A program made the translations under genes and the position numbers. Source: Mizuhopecten yessoensis (taxonomy: Eukaryota). Taken from it: a DNA stretch of 64,000 bases. The DNA is taken from contig NW_018408757.1 in NCBI RefSeq assembly GCF_002113885.1, positions 71,617-135,616 of the forward strand, given 5' to 3'. How positions within the stretch are numbered: the first letter of the stretch is position 1; each line of letters begins with the position of its first letter. The notes below the pieces were generated by a model that was not told the DNA's origin, made no database searches, and saw only the letters and a list, made by a program, of their open reading frames with translations. This document shows, piece after piece, positions 51,558 to 64,000 of this stretch.

Positions 51558-53132
51558 TGGAGGTATACTAGACTCAGCTTGTCCATCTTTCTGTCATGCA
51601 TTTGTATGCCCATGGATAAAAGCTTGTCTGAACAACTCCTCATATCCATTAAAACGATTTGAAGAAAACAGTATATGCGTACTATTTTTCTGCTTTGACT
51701 TCCCCCTTTCTACATTTAAGATGGCTGCTTTGGCAAATGATTGGATGATGATGCTTTATTGGCGACTACATGTATTAGTTAGGGGATATTGGTAACATTC
51801 TTTGTTTCAAACTTTTGTATATTTGGACAACAGTCAACATTGTATTGGCCTTAATGCAATTTCACACCCATGCTCACAACTTGATGTACATTACAAAATA
51901 TTTTTGACCATTTTCATGGCGGAGCGGAAGTATAAGCGTTTGGCTTAAAGTCGGAGTTGTGTCAAAATTAGAGTAAATAAGTGTCAAAGACCAACTGGGA
52001 CCTCATTGGAGATACCAATAGAAAACAACTGTGGAGACAGGAAAACCCGTCAGGAACCCCACAAAAGTAGTGAGAAGAAGTAATCACAGTCCCAGTTGGT
52101 TATCTAAATCTGAAAAACGATTCAAAAAAATACAACATCTTTAAAATAAGATCCATCAAATACCAACATGGGGAATCTTCTACTAAACTCAAGATCTCAA
52201 GAGAAAAGCTATAGCACACAGTGAAAGGTAGCAGAATGGCACCAGAACATACGAGAAGTGATCAAATACTGACATATCAAGGGATAGAGAGAAAACATAG
52301 AGAAATAGAACTTGACAGACATTGGATGTTCAGGACGATTTGCTTTCTAACGGTGGAATTAACACAATGTCACAGTAATAAGGCACATGTCTCTTGTTTA
52401 ACATAAAAGGGACATTTCGCCTTACGTAATGGTAAGTACATACAATCAACTCGACCTTCAGCCCTTGGTGTCTAGGAGTAATAGATAACGGCTCGGTATT
52501 CCTTGGCCGGTACAGGAATAGATCGTTTCGTGATACGTTGGGGCTTGGGTCAAACGTTACATGCATATAACGTATGCTCAGACCAATAGAATAAAACATT
52601 TAACCAGTCCATCCTCATGTCGCCTGTAAAAACTAAAGCCAATGTGGAAGTACAATTGACGGCTTACTATTTCAGGTACCACTTCAACCAATAATGGATC
52701 ACGTGTAAATCATTTGTTGACGTTTATTGATAACACTAGAAAAAGCTAGAAAAAGCTAGAATTCTACTTCTAATTGACTAGCATGTAAGCTGTATATATT
52801 GATTTCAGAAGATGTTCACAAGTACATAACTTCGTTTATATGCCCAATCCCTATAAAGTTCCTCCGCTAGAAAGACAATCAAATCTTGTTATATAACCCA
52901 CCTGACTTAATGGCATTAATTCAACCAACAAAAACGCTTCAATAAATCACGTTACTGTTTAATCCTGATACTAAACCCCTTTGAAATTGGGTTCTAGTTG
53001 TATGTGTGTTGATTTGAATCTTTACTGTTAGATTTAATCCTTGTGTTAATAGCAGGGACGTTTTCTGTGTTATCTCCAACACCATTCCAAGACTCGCCCT
53101 CCTCGTGCACCGAACAGACACCAGCTAACGAC

Positions 53133-56100
53133 ATGGTTGACAGATTATTGTATTTTATCTCCATTTCAGTGTTTTTTCATCAAGGTAAGTTGATGTAGAT
53201 ACACACGTGCTTCACATGAGATAGTTAATATTGGGGTAATCTCTAGTAACACCACGAGATAATAGTGAATACGATTGTATGATAATAGTTTCACATACAA
53301 ATGGGATGGTTTGATATCACTTGATACAAATCCTTTTCCTATCATTAAGATACTTATTTTAATGTGATTGAATAAGACTCAAGTCACTGTAATATAGAGA
53401 CAAAGGTTATAATGGCCTTTTCTTATCTTTAGAGAGTACAACCGTGCTATATATATATATACACTATGTAATACCTATACTAGGGCAATCCCATTTTGAT
53501 GACTGTACATGTACATCTAAACCAAAGACTTTTCATAGAATTAATAATCATGTTTGAAACATTATGTAGACACAGTTGCTGGACCTCCAGGTTTATCTAT
53601 ATAAACAAATTTATTTATAAAGGACTTGCTGGACCTCCAGGACTACCTATATAAACATTTTTATAAAGGACTTCCTGGATCTCCAGGTTTACCTATATAA
53701 ACATATTTATAAAGGACTTGCTGGACCTCCATGTTTACCTATATAAACATATGTATAAAGGACTTCCTGGATCTCCAGGTTTACCTATATAAACATATGT
53801 ATAAAGGACTTGCTGGACCTCCAGGTTTACCTATATAAACATATTTATAAAGGACTTCCTGGATCTCCAGGTTTACCTATATAAACATATTTATAAATGA
53901 CTTGCTGGACCTCCAGGTTTACCTATATAAACATATATATAAAGGACTTGCTGAACCTCCAGGTTTTCCTATATAAACATATATATAAAGGACTTGCTGG
54001 ATCTCCAGGTTTACCTATATAAACATATTTATAAATGACTTGCTGGACCTCCAGGTTTACCTATATAAACATATTTATAAAGGACTTCCTGGATCTCCAG
54101 GTTTACCTATATAAACATATGTATAAAGGACTTGCTGGACCTCCAGGTTTACCTATATAAACATATATATAAAGGACTTGCTGGATCTCCAGGTTTACCT
54201 ATATAAACATATTTATAAATGACTTGCTGGACCTCCAGGTTTACCTATATAAACATATATATAAAGGACTCGCTGGACCTCCATGTTTACCTATATAAAC
54301 ATATGTATAAAGGACTTCCTGGATCTCCAGGTTTACCTATATAAACATATTTATAAAGGACTTGATTGTCCTCCAGGTTTACCTATATAAACATTATTTA
54401 TTTATAAAGGACTCGCTGGACCTCCAGGTTTACCTATATAAACATATTTATAAAGGACTTGCTGGATCTCCAGGTTTACCTATATAAACATATTTATAAA
54501 GGACTTGATGGTCATCCAGGTCTACCTATATAAACATATGTATAAAGGACTTGCTGGACCTCCAGGTTTACCTATATAAACATATATATCAAGGACTTGA
54601 TGGTCCTCCAGGTTTTCCTATATAAACATATATATAAAGGACTTGCTGGACCTCCAGTGATTTCTGTGTCAGTTTTTGTTAAGAGATTTAGACATACTTC
54701 TAGTGATTTCTGTGTCATTTTTGTTAATAGATTTAGACATACTTCTAGTGATTTCTGTGTCAGTTTTTGTAAACAGATTTAGACATACTTCAAGTGATTT
54801 CTGTGTCATTTTTTGTTAATAGATTTATACAAACTTCTAGTGATTTCTGTGGCATTTTTGTTAATAGATTTAGACAAACTTCTAGTGATTTCTGTGGCAT
54901 TTTTGTTAATAGATTTATACAAACTTCTAGTGATTTCTGTGTCAGTTTTTGTAAAGAGATTTAGACATACTTCTAGTGATTTCTGTGTCAGGGCGGGGCC
55001 CCAAAGGGAAATTTGACCAATATTTCAAAAATCTTTTCCTCCAGACTCAGAGGTACTAGAGTCAATTTTTCTGCATGGGGATGGAAAGATCATCATGAGC
55101 TTTGTTTAAATTGCAAATTTCAGTATTCCCGAGCCATCCGTTCTCCTTTGGGGAGGGGGTAAAATTTACTATAGTTTATATAGGGAAATAACACTTTTGG
55201 GTATATTTTGTCCATTTTCAGCAGGAAAATATTCAAACTTGGTTGGAATGATTATGATGCCAGATGGCACTTAGATGGCATAAGAAAATAAGATCCTGCC
55301 CCATTCACAGGGACTGGAGGGGTGGGCCCAAATGGGGATTATTGTTAAAAGATAAAAAATCTTCATCAGACTCAGTTACCTTAATTACCTCAATTGTAAA
55401 TTCCATTATCCCCCAGGTCGTATGCTCTCCCTTGGGGAGAGGGTATACTTTTCAATAGCAAAATAATTTATTTGAATAGTTTTTTAAGTTCTTATCCTTT
55501 GGACACTGACATGACAATTATTGTATTTCATTTTGTTTACATGTTGTTTTCCACATTTCGTACATCCCAACAATGAAATTGAGCTACCAGTACCTATAAT
55601 ATAACTCAGGTGATTTTCAAATCACTCGCTTGCTTTTGTATTAACATTCATTTTCCATAACCCGGGACCGATTAGTATCTAGACTCGTCTTAGTTGACAG
55701 GAAAAAATAATGAGAGGCTAGAACACCTATAGTGTAATATTGGAAATGATACACGCCATACCATCCATTTTTGTCTGCTTACTTAATCTTTAATTTCAGC
55801 AAAAACACATTTCATCTAATTGATATCATACCATAAGCTGAAGTAACATTTCTGGTAGTTAAAAGTGACGGCTGTTATACGTTTCCGTAATGGCGTTATC
55901 AGGACTGGTTTTGTTTTTAAGCTGACAGTACTGTTTCCTGTGGAAGACCTACTGTCCAGCCACATCAAGTGAAGATCGTGGGAGGCCGACCAGCCATGCA
56001 AGGGTCACTGCCATGGATGGTATGGTTTTAATCATTCGATCGTCTAGGTATCGGTATATTGTTCATTACTAAAAATTGACAAGATTTTAAGATGATTAAA

Positions 56101-59100
56101 TATTTCTTCCTTATCATAAACTGCCTTATCTGTATAATTCTATTTTTTATCAGAAAACAACACTGTTAAATATATACTCAGCAAAAAAAGAAATGTATAC
56201 GTATTAACATATGCCTCACCAATAAGGTGGCTCCACCCTTTCGCAATTAGCCAGCAGAATTCAATGAAAGTTTCACATAATGGTTATGTCAATATGTAGA
56301 GATGATTTTATGAAAATCAAAGCATTCCGATAAACTGTGGATTTTTTTTGCAAAAAATACCGAAAAATTGAATTTTGTGAGTGTGTGGCATTGTTCAAAA
56401 CTATTACAACAATATAATAATGAAAAGAAACATTGTTAATCAACCCTACACATATTTTATTTATCATAAAATATCTACAACATTTTACAAAAAGCGTTTT
56501 TTATTGAAATTGTATGGATAAAAGTTGCTAAATACCAGCTAAAAGCAAATAGGACAAATAGTTTCATACAAAAAGAATGAAAAATTGAATCAAATACTCA
56601 CAAAGTCTTTATAATTCATTTATTTTACTTTTTACAATAATTTTGATCCTGTTGAGAGTTGTCTACCTTGAAAAAAATCGGAACTTTTTTTCAGAGGGAT
56701 AGATAAATTAATAATAAATTAAGTTACTACATTGTATATTTAATTGTCAATTTACTGTTCTTTTATGGAACAAAATTAAATTGATCTCAATCATGTACTC
56801 TTTGGACATCATTCCATAGCCCCCTTACGCATGGTATATTTACATGTCAATACATATGTAACCATAGGGCATAGGCTATCGCATGGTATGTCGTTATCAC
56901 GTGCACGCACATACACTTGCACTTTATAGGGATCTTGATATTTTACAAACCACTATTTTCACAGAGTTATTGTAATAGCATTTGTGAAACGATTTATCTG
57001 ACAGAGCGTAACTCGCTCGACAACACTACCGTTAGCACGTGATACGTACAGGTGAGGTCGGTAAACAAAACACATCCGTCTGCATTCCATGCGCCTCATA
57101 TACGACCTTCTTGAAGTCGTCTGATCTCATGTCAGTGTCTTCCCGTGAGTTAATTAATGTCACGTGTGGTTACAAATTTTCAAGTTAAGTCTCGATATCG
57201 GGTGTTGACATATCATCGTCACGCACGTGTACTGTTGTTTACCCGGTGTACGCACGTGTACTGTTGTTTACCCGGTGTACGCACGTGTACTATTGTTTAC
57301 CCGGTGTTACTATAATTTAAACTACGGTAATGGAATGCCCGATACGCAATACGGAAATGACGACACGAAAATACGACAAGAAAAACATGTGTATTACGAA
57401 GGGTGGAAAGTCCTTAACTCTATGGAAAGTCAGGACAGTCATCGACAGATACGATAGCCGCCATCTTGTTGTTGTCGTTTGGTTCATGCAGGCAATGATT
57501 AAAGACATCCAGAATAGGGAGGGAAGTTCTTACTTTTGTATACGAATGTTCTGCACATACAATTAGAGCATTTAACTGCATTTAACAGTTGTCGCCTGGT
57601 TACATTTTTAATGGAGACCATTGTTCGGAAAGTTTTCGGTCCGATAATGGCCGTCTGCGGCTTGTCCAAGAATTGGACCCGTGAGGTTTTGCGGCAGCAG
57701 GAAATACACATTAAGCTCATCCAACTAATTAATAAAAGACTGGTCGTATACGGAAATGTAAATATAACGATTGGACGTCTGTCAGATTGCAGTTACAGCC
57801 AATATGAATACAATCTGGGCGACAGATGAATAATCATGACGTCATTCTATTTATCTGTCACCTAGATTGCATTCATATTGGCTGTAACTGCAATCTGACA
57901 GACGTTCAATCCTTAAGTTACCTTGCAGAACAGCAGAATATTGTTGATTATAAAAATGACGTTTTAGTGGCTAGTGATTTTGGTAGGAATATCTGTATCG
58001 ATTAGCAGTGTTTTAAATTAAATCAGTCATGCATGAAATTCGCCGATCACAAAGTACCCCCAAACAGATTTGTTTACTTTTCTCGTAGGGTTGACGCAAC
58101 GTGAAGTTGCGAGACATTTTGATTTTAGCTTAAAACAGTAAACCAATTACTGCAACATTTTCACACGACGGCGTCCACGTCCGACCGTTCAAGAAGCGGT
58201 AGACCACGAGTTACCACCCCTCGTGAAAACCGCCGGATACGTCTGCAGCATATTCGTGACCGGATTGTTCCTGCAGCTATGACGACAAGAACATTAAGTG
58301 ACAACACGATACAAAACCGTTCACAATCGCCGTGGCTGGGCTCGAGCACACCACGGATGGCCGTAGCTGGGCTCGAGCACACCACAGATGGCCGTAGCTG
58401 GGCTCGAGCACACCACAGATGGCCGTAGCTGGGTTCGAGCACACCACAGATGGTTATTGCGGCAATGGAATAACGTTTTGTTTTCGGATAAGTCGTGATT
58501 TTGTTTGATATATGGTGATGGGAGGCAGCGAGTCTGGCGACGCCGTGGTCAACGCTTCGCAAACTGCTGTGATGCTCAACTCGACAGGTTTGGCGGGGAG
58601 CGTCATTGGGGTGGTATTTCCGGTGGTAATCGTACCAGGTTAGTGATGGTTAATAGCAATTCAAATGCGGCGCGATATTGCGATGAAATTTCAACACCTG
58701 TTGTAAGGATCAGGGAGCGGCGGTCATTCCCAGCATGACAGCTACACCCCATATGAGTCGTGTGAACAGGACCTTCCTGCAACAAAACAATGTTCACGTT
58801 TTGGATGAGCTGCACAATCGCCGGATTTGTTTCCAATAGAGCACATTTAGGACGTTATTACCTGTGGCGTCGTCCACATCAGCCCTCCAACCTCCAGGTG
58901 CTCGCCCAGGCATTGGTTGGGGAGTTGAATGTATAACATGTTCCAGATATGGGAAACGTATCACTTGTCTCTTATCAAAACCCTTTTTAATATTTTTCTC
59001 GTAATCGTGTATATTCTGCGTTGTCTCTCCGATGCACTAGCAGGTCCTGAATATGATATTATGTCATCCAAAAGCATTGATATTGTACAACACACGGCCC

Positions 59101-62100
59101 GTAGTATGAAAACAACAATGTCTTTTCACGAACATTGAATGGTACAGTATTAATGTTTTGGATACCATACCACGAGCTGTATGTATTATACAATGTTTTG
59201 GATATCGTACCACGGGCCGTATGTACTATGCAATGTTTTGGATACCATACCATGGGCCGTATGTACTATACAATGTTTTTGATACCATACCACGGGCCGT
59301 ATGTACTATACAATGTTTTGGATATCGTACCACGGGCCGTATGTACTTTACAAAGTTTTGGATACCATACCACGGGCCGTATGTATTATACAATGTTTTG
59401 GATATCGTACCACTGACTGTATGTACTATACAAAGTTTTGGATACCATACCACGGGCCGTATGTACTATACAATGTTTGGGATATCGTACCACGTGCCGT
59501 ATGTACTATCCAAAGTTTTGGATACCATACCAGGGGCCGTATGTACTATACAATGTTTTTGATACCATACCACTGGCCGTATGTACTATACAATGTTTTG
59601 GAGATCGTACCACGTGCCGTATGTACTATACAATGTTTTGGTTATCGTACAACGGGCCGTATGTACTATACAATGTTTTGGTTACCGTACCACGGGCCGT
59701 ATGTACTATACAATGCTTTTGATACCATACCACGGGCCGTATGTATTATACAATGTTTTGGATATCGTACCCCTGACTGTATGTACTATACAAAGTTTTG
59801 GATACCATACCACGGGCCGTATGTACTATAGAATGTTTTGGATATCGTACCACGGGTCCTATGTACTATACAATGTTTTGGAGATCGTACCACGTGCCGT
59901 ATGTACTATCCAAAGTTTTGGATACCATGCCAGGGGCCGTATGTACTATACAATGTTTTGGAGATCGTACCACGTGCCGTATGTACTATCCAAAGTTTTG
60001 GATACCATGCCAGGGGCCGTATGTACTATACAATGTTTTGGTTACCGTACCACGGGCCGTATGTACTATACAGAATTTTGGATATAGTACCACGTGCCGT
60101 ATGTGTTATACAATGTTTTGGATATCGGACCACGTGCCGTATGTACTATCCAAAGTTTTGGATACCATGCCAGGGGCCGTATGTACTATACAATGTTATT
60201 GATACCATACCACGGGCCGTATGTACTATAGAATGTTTTGGATATCGTACCACGGGTCCTATGTACTATACAATGTTTTGGATACCATACCAAGGGCCGT
60301 ATGTACTATACAATGTTTTGGTTATCGTACCACAGACCGTATGTACCATACAATGTTTTGGATATCGTACCATGGACCGTATGTACTATACAATGTTTTT
60401 GATATCGTACAACGTGTCGTATGTACTATGCAATGTTTCGGATATCGTACCACGTGTCCTATGTTCTATACAATGTTTTGGATATCGTACCAGGTGCCGT
60501 ATGTACTATCCAAAGTTTTGGATACCATGCCAGGGGCCGTATGTACTATACAATGGTTTTGATACCATACCACGGGCCGTATGTACTATAGAATGTTTTG
60601 GATATCGTACCACGGGCGGTATGTACCATACAATGTTTTTGATACCATACCACGGGCCGTGTGTACTATACAATGTTTTTGATATCATACCTCGGGCCGT
60701 ATGTACTATACAATGTTTTGGAGATCGTACCACGTGCCGTATGTACTATCCAAAGTTTTGGATACCATGCCAGGGGCCGTATGTACTATACAATGTTTTT
60801 GAGATCGTACCACATACCAGGGGCCGTATGTACTATACAATGTTATTGATACCATACCACGGGCCGTATGTACTATACAATGTTTTGGATATCGTACCAC
60901 GGACCGTATGTACTATACAATGTTTTTGATATCGTACCACGTGTCGTATGTACTATGCAATGTTTTGGATATCGTACCACGTGTCCTATGTACTATACAA
61001 TGTTTTGGATATCGTACCACGGGCCGTAGGTACTATACAATGTTTTTGAGATCGTACCACGTGTCGTATGTACTATACAATGTTTTGTATATCGTACCAC
61101 GGGCCGTATGTACTATACCATGTTTTGGATATCGTACCAAGGGCCGTGGGTACTATACAATATTATGGATGTCGGACCACGGGCCGTATGTACTATACCA
61201 TGTTTTGGATATCGTACCAAGGGCCGTATGTACTATACAATATTATGGATGTGGTACCACGGGCCGTATGTACTATACAATTTTTTGGATATCGTACCAC
61301 TGGCCGTATGTACTATACAATATTATGGATGTGGTACCACGGGCCGTATGTACTATACCATGTTTTGGATATCGTACCAAGGGCCGTGGGTACTATACAA
61401 TATTATGGATGTCGTACCACTGGCCGTATGTACTATACAATTTTGTATATCGTACAACACGCCGTATGTACTATACAATGTTTTTGATATCGTTCCACGT
61501 GTCGTCTGTACTATGCAATGTTTTGGATATCGTACCACTGGCCGAATGTACTATACAATGGTTTGGATATCGTACCAAGGGCCGTGTGGACTATACAATA
61601 TTATGGATGTCGGACCACGGGCCGTATGTACTATACCATGTTTTGGATATCGTACCAAGGGGTATGTACTATACAATGTTTTGGTTATCGTACCACATGT
61701 ACTATACAATGTTTTGGATATCGGACCAAGGGCCGTGTGTACTATACAATATTATGGATCTCGTACCACGGGCCGTATGTACTATAGAATGTTTTGGATA
61801 TCGTACCACGTGTCCTATGTTCTATACAATGTTTTGGATATCGTGCCACGTGTCCTATGTACTATACAATGTTTTGGATACCGTCCCACGGTCCGTATGT
61901 ACTATACAATGTTTTCGATATCGTACCACGGGCCGTATGGACTATACAATGTTTTGGATATCGTTACACGGGCCGTATGTACTATACAACGTATGTACTA
62001 TACAATGTTTTGTATATCGTACCACGGGCCGTATGTACTATAGAATGTTTTGGATATCGTACCACGTCCCGTATGTACTATACAATGTTTTCGATATCGT

Positions 62101-62849
62101 ACCACGGGCCGTATGTTCTATACAATGTTTTGGATATCGTCCCACGGGCGGTATGTACTATACAATGTTTTGGAAATCGTACCACGGGCCGTATGTACTA
62201 TGCAATGTTTTGGATATCGTGCCACGTGTCCTATGTACTATACAATGTGTTGGATATCGTACCACGGGCCGTATGTAATATACAATGTTTTGGATATCGT
62301 ATCACGGGCCATATGTACTATACAATGTTTTGGAAATCGTACCACGGGCCGTATGTACTATACAATATTATGGATATTGTACAACGGGCCGTATGTACTA
62401 TCCAATTTTTTGGATATCGCACCACGGGCCGTATATACTATACAAAGTTTTGGATATCGTACAACGGGCCGTATGTACTATACAATGTTTTGGATATCGT
62501 ACCACTGGCCGAATGTACTATACAATGTTTTGGATATCGTACCAAGGGCCGTGTGTACTATACAATATTATGGATGTCGTACCACGGGCCGTATGTACTA
62601 TACAATATTATGGATATCGTACAACGGGCCGTATGTACTATACAATGTTTTGGATATCGTACCACGGGCCGTATATACTATACAAAGTTTTGGATATCGT
62701 ACAACGGGCCGTATGTTTGAGGGAGAGTCATGTGTACTACAATGTCTTTGTTGTTGCTAGGCCATGTTGGTGGAGCTTGGTGACCAGGTGTGTGGCGGCA
62801 GTATTATAGCTGACAACCTCATCCTCAGTGCAGCACATTGTTTCGAGGA
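53133..62849 (+). CDS. Secreted trypsin-family (S1A) serine protease zymogen, exons 1-3 (partial; continues beyond window)
   Basis: Exons 53133-53184 (G|GTAAGT), 55922-56019 (|GTATGG) and 62761-62849 (GA|GTATGA) splice in phase to MVDRLLYFISISVFFHQADSTVSCGRPTVQPHQVK-IVGGRPAMQGSLPWMAMLVELGDQVCGGSIIADNLILSAAHCFE. This shows a signal peptide, CG propeptide, K|IVGG activation site, CGGSII and the catalytic-His motif SAAHC. Confidence 0.93.
53576..54656. repeat. Intronic minisatellite, 46-bp unit (GGACTTGCTGGACCTCCAGGTTTACCTATATAAACATATTTATAAA), ~23 copies
   Basis: Direct. Confidence 0.96.
54656..54990. repeat. Intronic minisatellite, ~45-bp unit (AGTGATTTCTGTGTCAKTTTTTGTTAATAGATTTAGACATACTTCT), ~7 copies, directly abutting the previous array
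   Basis: Direct. Confidence 0.93.
54991..55620 (+). mobile_element. 5'-truncated decayed HINE-like element
   Basis: GGGCGGGGCCCCAAA and AAATCTTTTCCTCCAGA motifs as in 49491-50980; ends near ACTCAGGTGA. Confidence 0.55.
57220..57307. repeat. 29-bp tandem triplication (ACGCACGTGTACTGTTGTTTACCCGGTGT)
   Basis: Direct; each unit carries an E-box CACGTG. Confidence 0.9.
57765..57915. repeat. Long near-perfect inverted repeat (hairpin), ~70-bp arms; palindromic MITE-like
   Basis: ACGTCTGTCAGATTGCAGTTACAGCCAATATGAAT... / ...ATTCATATTGGCTGTAACTGCAATCTGACAGACGT, centred on ATGACGTCAT. Confidence 0.9.
58081..58960 (+). mobile_element. Decayed Tc1/mariner (Tc1-type) transposase pseudogene in protease intron 2
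   Basis: Frameshifted motifs: GLTQREVARHF (HTH), DRSRSGRPRVTTPRE, WNNVLFSD, DGRQRVWRRRGQRF, WGGIS, NAARYCDEI, QHD..PH, SPDL.PIEH. An internal ~31-bp tandem repeat lies at 58335-58452. Confidence 0.9.
59150..62717. repeat. Intronic minisatellite, 40-bp unit (GATATCGTACCACGGGCCGTATGTACTATACAATGTTTTG), ~89 copies
   Basis: Direct; exact 40-bp register over the first 1.6 kb. Confidence 0.97.
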
Positions 62850-62867
62850 GTATGACACTATTTTAAT

Positions 62868-63853
62868 ATATAATACCCGGCTGTCATCATGTTATAATAC
62901 CCGACTGTGATCATGTAATAAGACCCGACTGTAATCATTCTATAATACCCGGCTGCACTCATGTTATAATACCCGACTGTAATCATGTTATAATACCCGA
63001 CTGTAATCATGTTATAATACCCGACTGTAATCATGTTATAATACCCGATTGTGATCATGTTATAATACCCGACTGTAATCATGTTATAATACCCGGCTGT
63101 AATCATGTTATAGTACCCGACTGTGATCATGCTATAATACCCGACTGTGATCATGTTATAATTCCCGAATGTGATCATGTTATAATCCCCGACTGTAATC
63201 ATGCTTTAATACCCGACTGTAATCATGTTATAATACCCGCCTGTGATCATGCTATAATACCCGACTGTAATCATGCTTTAATACCCGACTGTAATCATGT
63301 TATAATACCCGCCTGTGATCATGCTATAATACCCGACTGTAATCATGCTATAAAACCCGCCTGTAATCATGTTATAATACCCGACTGTGATCATGTTATA
63401 ATTCCCGAATGTGATCATGTTATAATCCCCGACTGTAATCATGTTATCATACCCGACTGTAATCATGTTATAATACCCGACCGTGATCATGCTATAATAC
63501 CCGACTGTAATCATGTTATAATACCCGACTGTGATCATGCTATAATACCCGACTGTAATCATGCTATAAAACCCGACTGTAATCATGTTATAATACCCGA
63601 CTGTAATCATGTTATAAGGCCCGACTGTGATCATGTTATAATCCCCGACAGTAATCATGTTATAAGACCAGACTGTAATCATTTTATAATACCCGACTGT
63701 AATCATGTTATAAGACCCGACTGTAATCATTTTATAATACCCGACTGTTATCATGTTATAATACCCGACTATAATCATGCTATAATACCCGACTATAATC
63801 ATGTTATAATACCCGGCTGTAATCATGTTATAAGACCCGACTGTAATAATGTT
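62868..63853. repeat. Intronic minisatellite, 24-bp unit (TATAATACCCGACTGTAATCATGT), ~41 copies
   Basis: Direct; 8-aa periodic pseudo-ORF MITVGYYN. Confidence 0.97.
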
Positions 63854-64000
63854 AGGCAGAGAAAATGAATCGAATGAAATGATTGAATTTTCCCTTCAAG
63901 TTTACAATATATATCTTCTAAAATACATGTTTAATCGACAATTTGTGATTACCCTGTAGGACTCTGTAGAATCATGTCTAACTTTGCCGCTGACCAACAT

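Noticed and set aside
56173-56200. TATACTCAGCAAAAAAAGAAA as the left TIR of the Tc1 remnant
   Set aside because: It resembles a Tc1 terminus but is 1.9 kb from the transposase, and no matching right TIR was found.
59135-63826. Many 100-456-aa Tyr/Cys-rich ORFs
   Set aside because: They are products of the 40-bp and 24-bp arrays, open in all frames. The real exon (62761-62849) is in a different frame from the listed ORF tail.
1-63853. CRISPR-like arrays
   Set aside because: All arrays are head-to-tail units without unique spacers, the context is eukaryotic, and there are no cas genes.

Overview
AT-rich, intron-rich animal genomic DNA. The repeat families suggest a bivalve mollusc, probably scallop-like (inference). 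Three protein-coding genes are supported. (1) The first coding exon (6029-6669, -) of a membrane-anchored JmjC/cupin-like protein of the C6orf89/BRAP-like type; its remaining exons were not found in the window. (2) A complete IFT140 gene on + (ATG 12986 to TGA 44979), hand-spliced into 31 GT-AG coding exons, 1496 aa, with RFX X-box-like motifs upstream. (3) The first three exons of a secreted trypsin-family (S1A) serine protease on + (53133 to beyond 62849). Introns and intergenic DNA hold about 15 unrelated minisatellites, which generate nearly all long ORFs in the track, all spurious. They also hold several non-autonomous Helitron/Helentron (HINE-like) elements, MITEs and long hairpins, a decayed CR1/L2-group LINE, a decayed Tc1 transposase and two copies of one SINE-like family. 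The most unusual object is a 386-bp miniature LTR element (11931-12316, -) with TG..CA termini, PBS, PPT and a 4-bp TSD, whose two LTRs are each built around a tRNA-like Pol III unit. It resembles the described biv-TRIM/Helenus class. All coordinates and alignments were done by eye; no searches were run.
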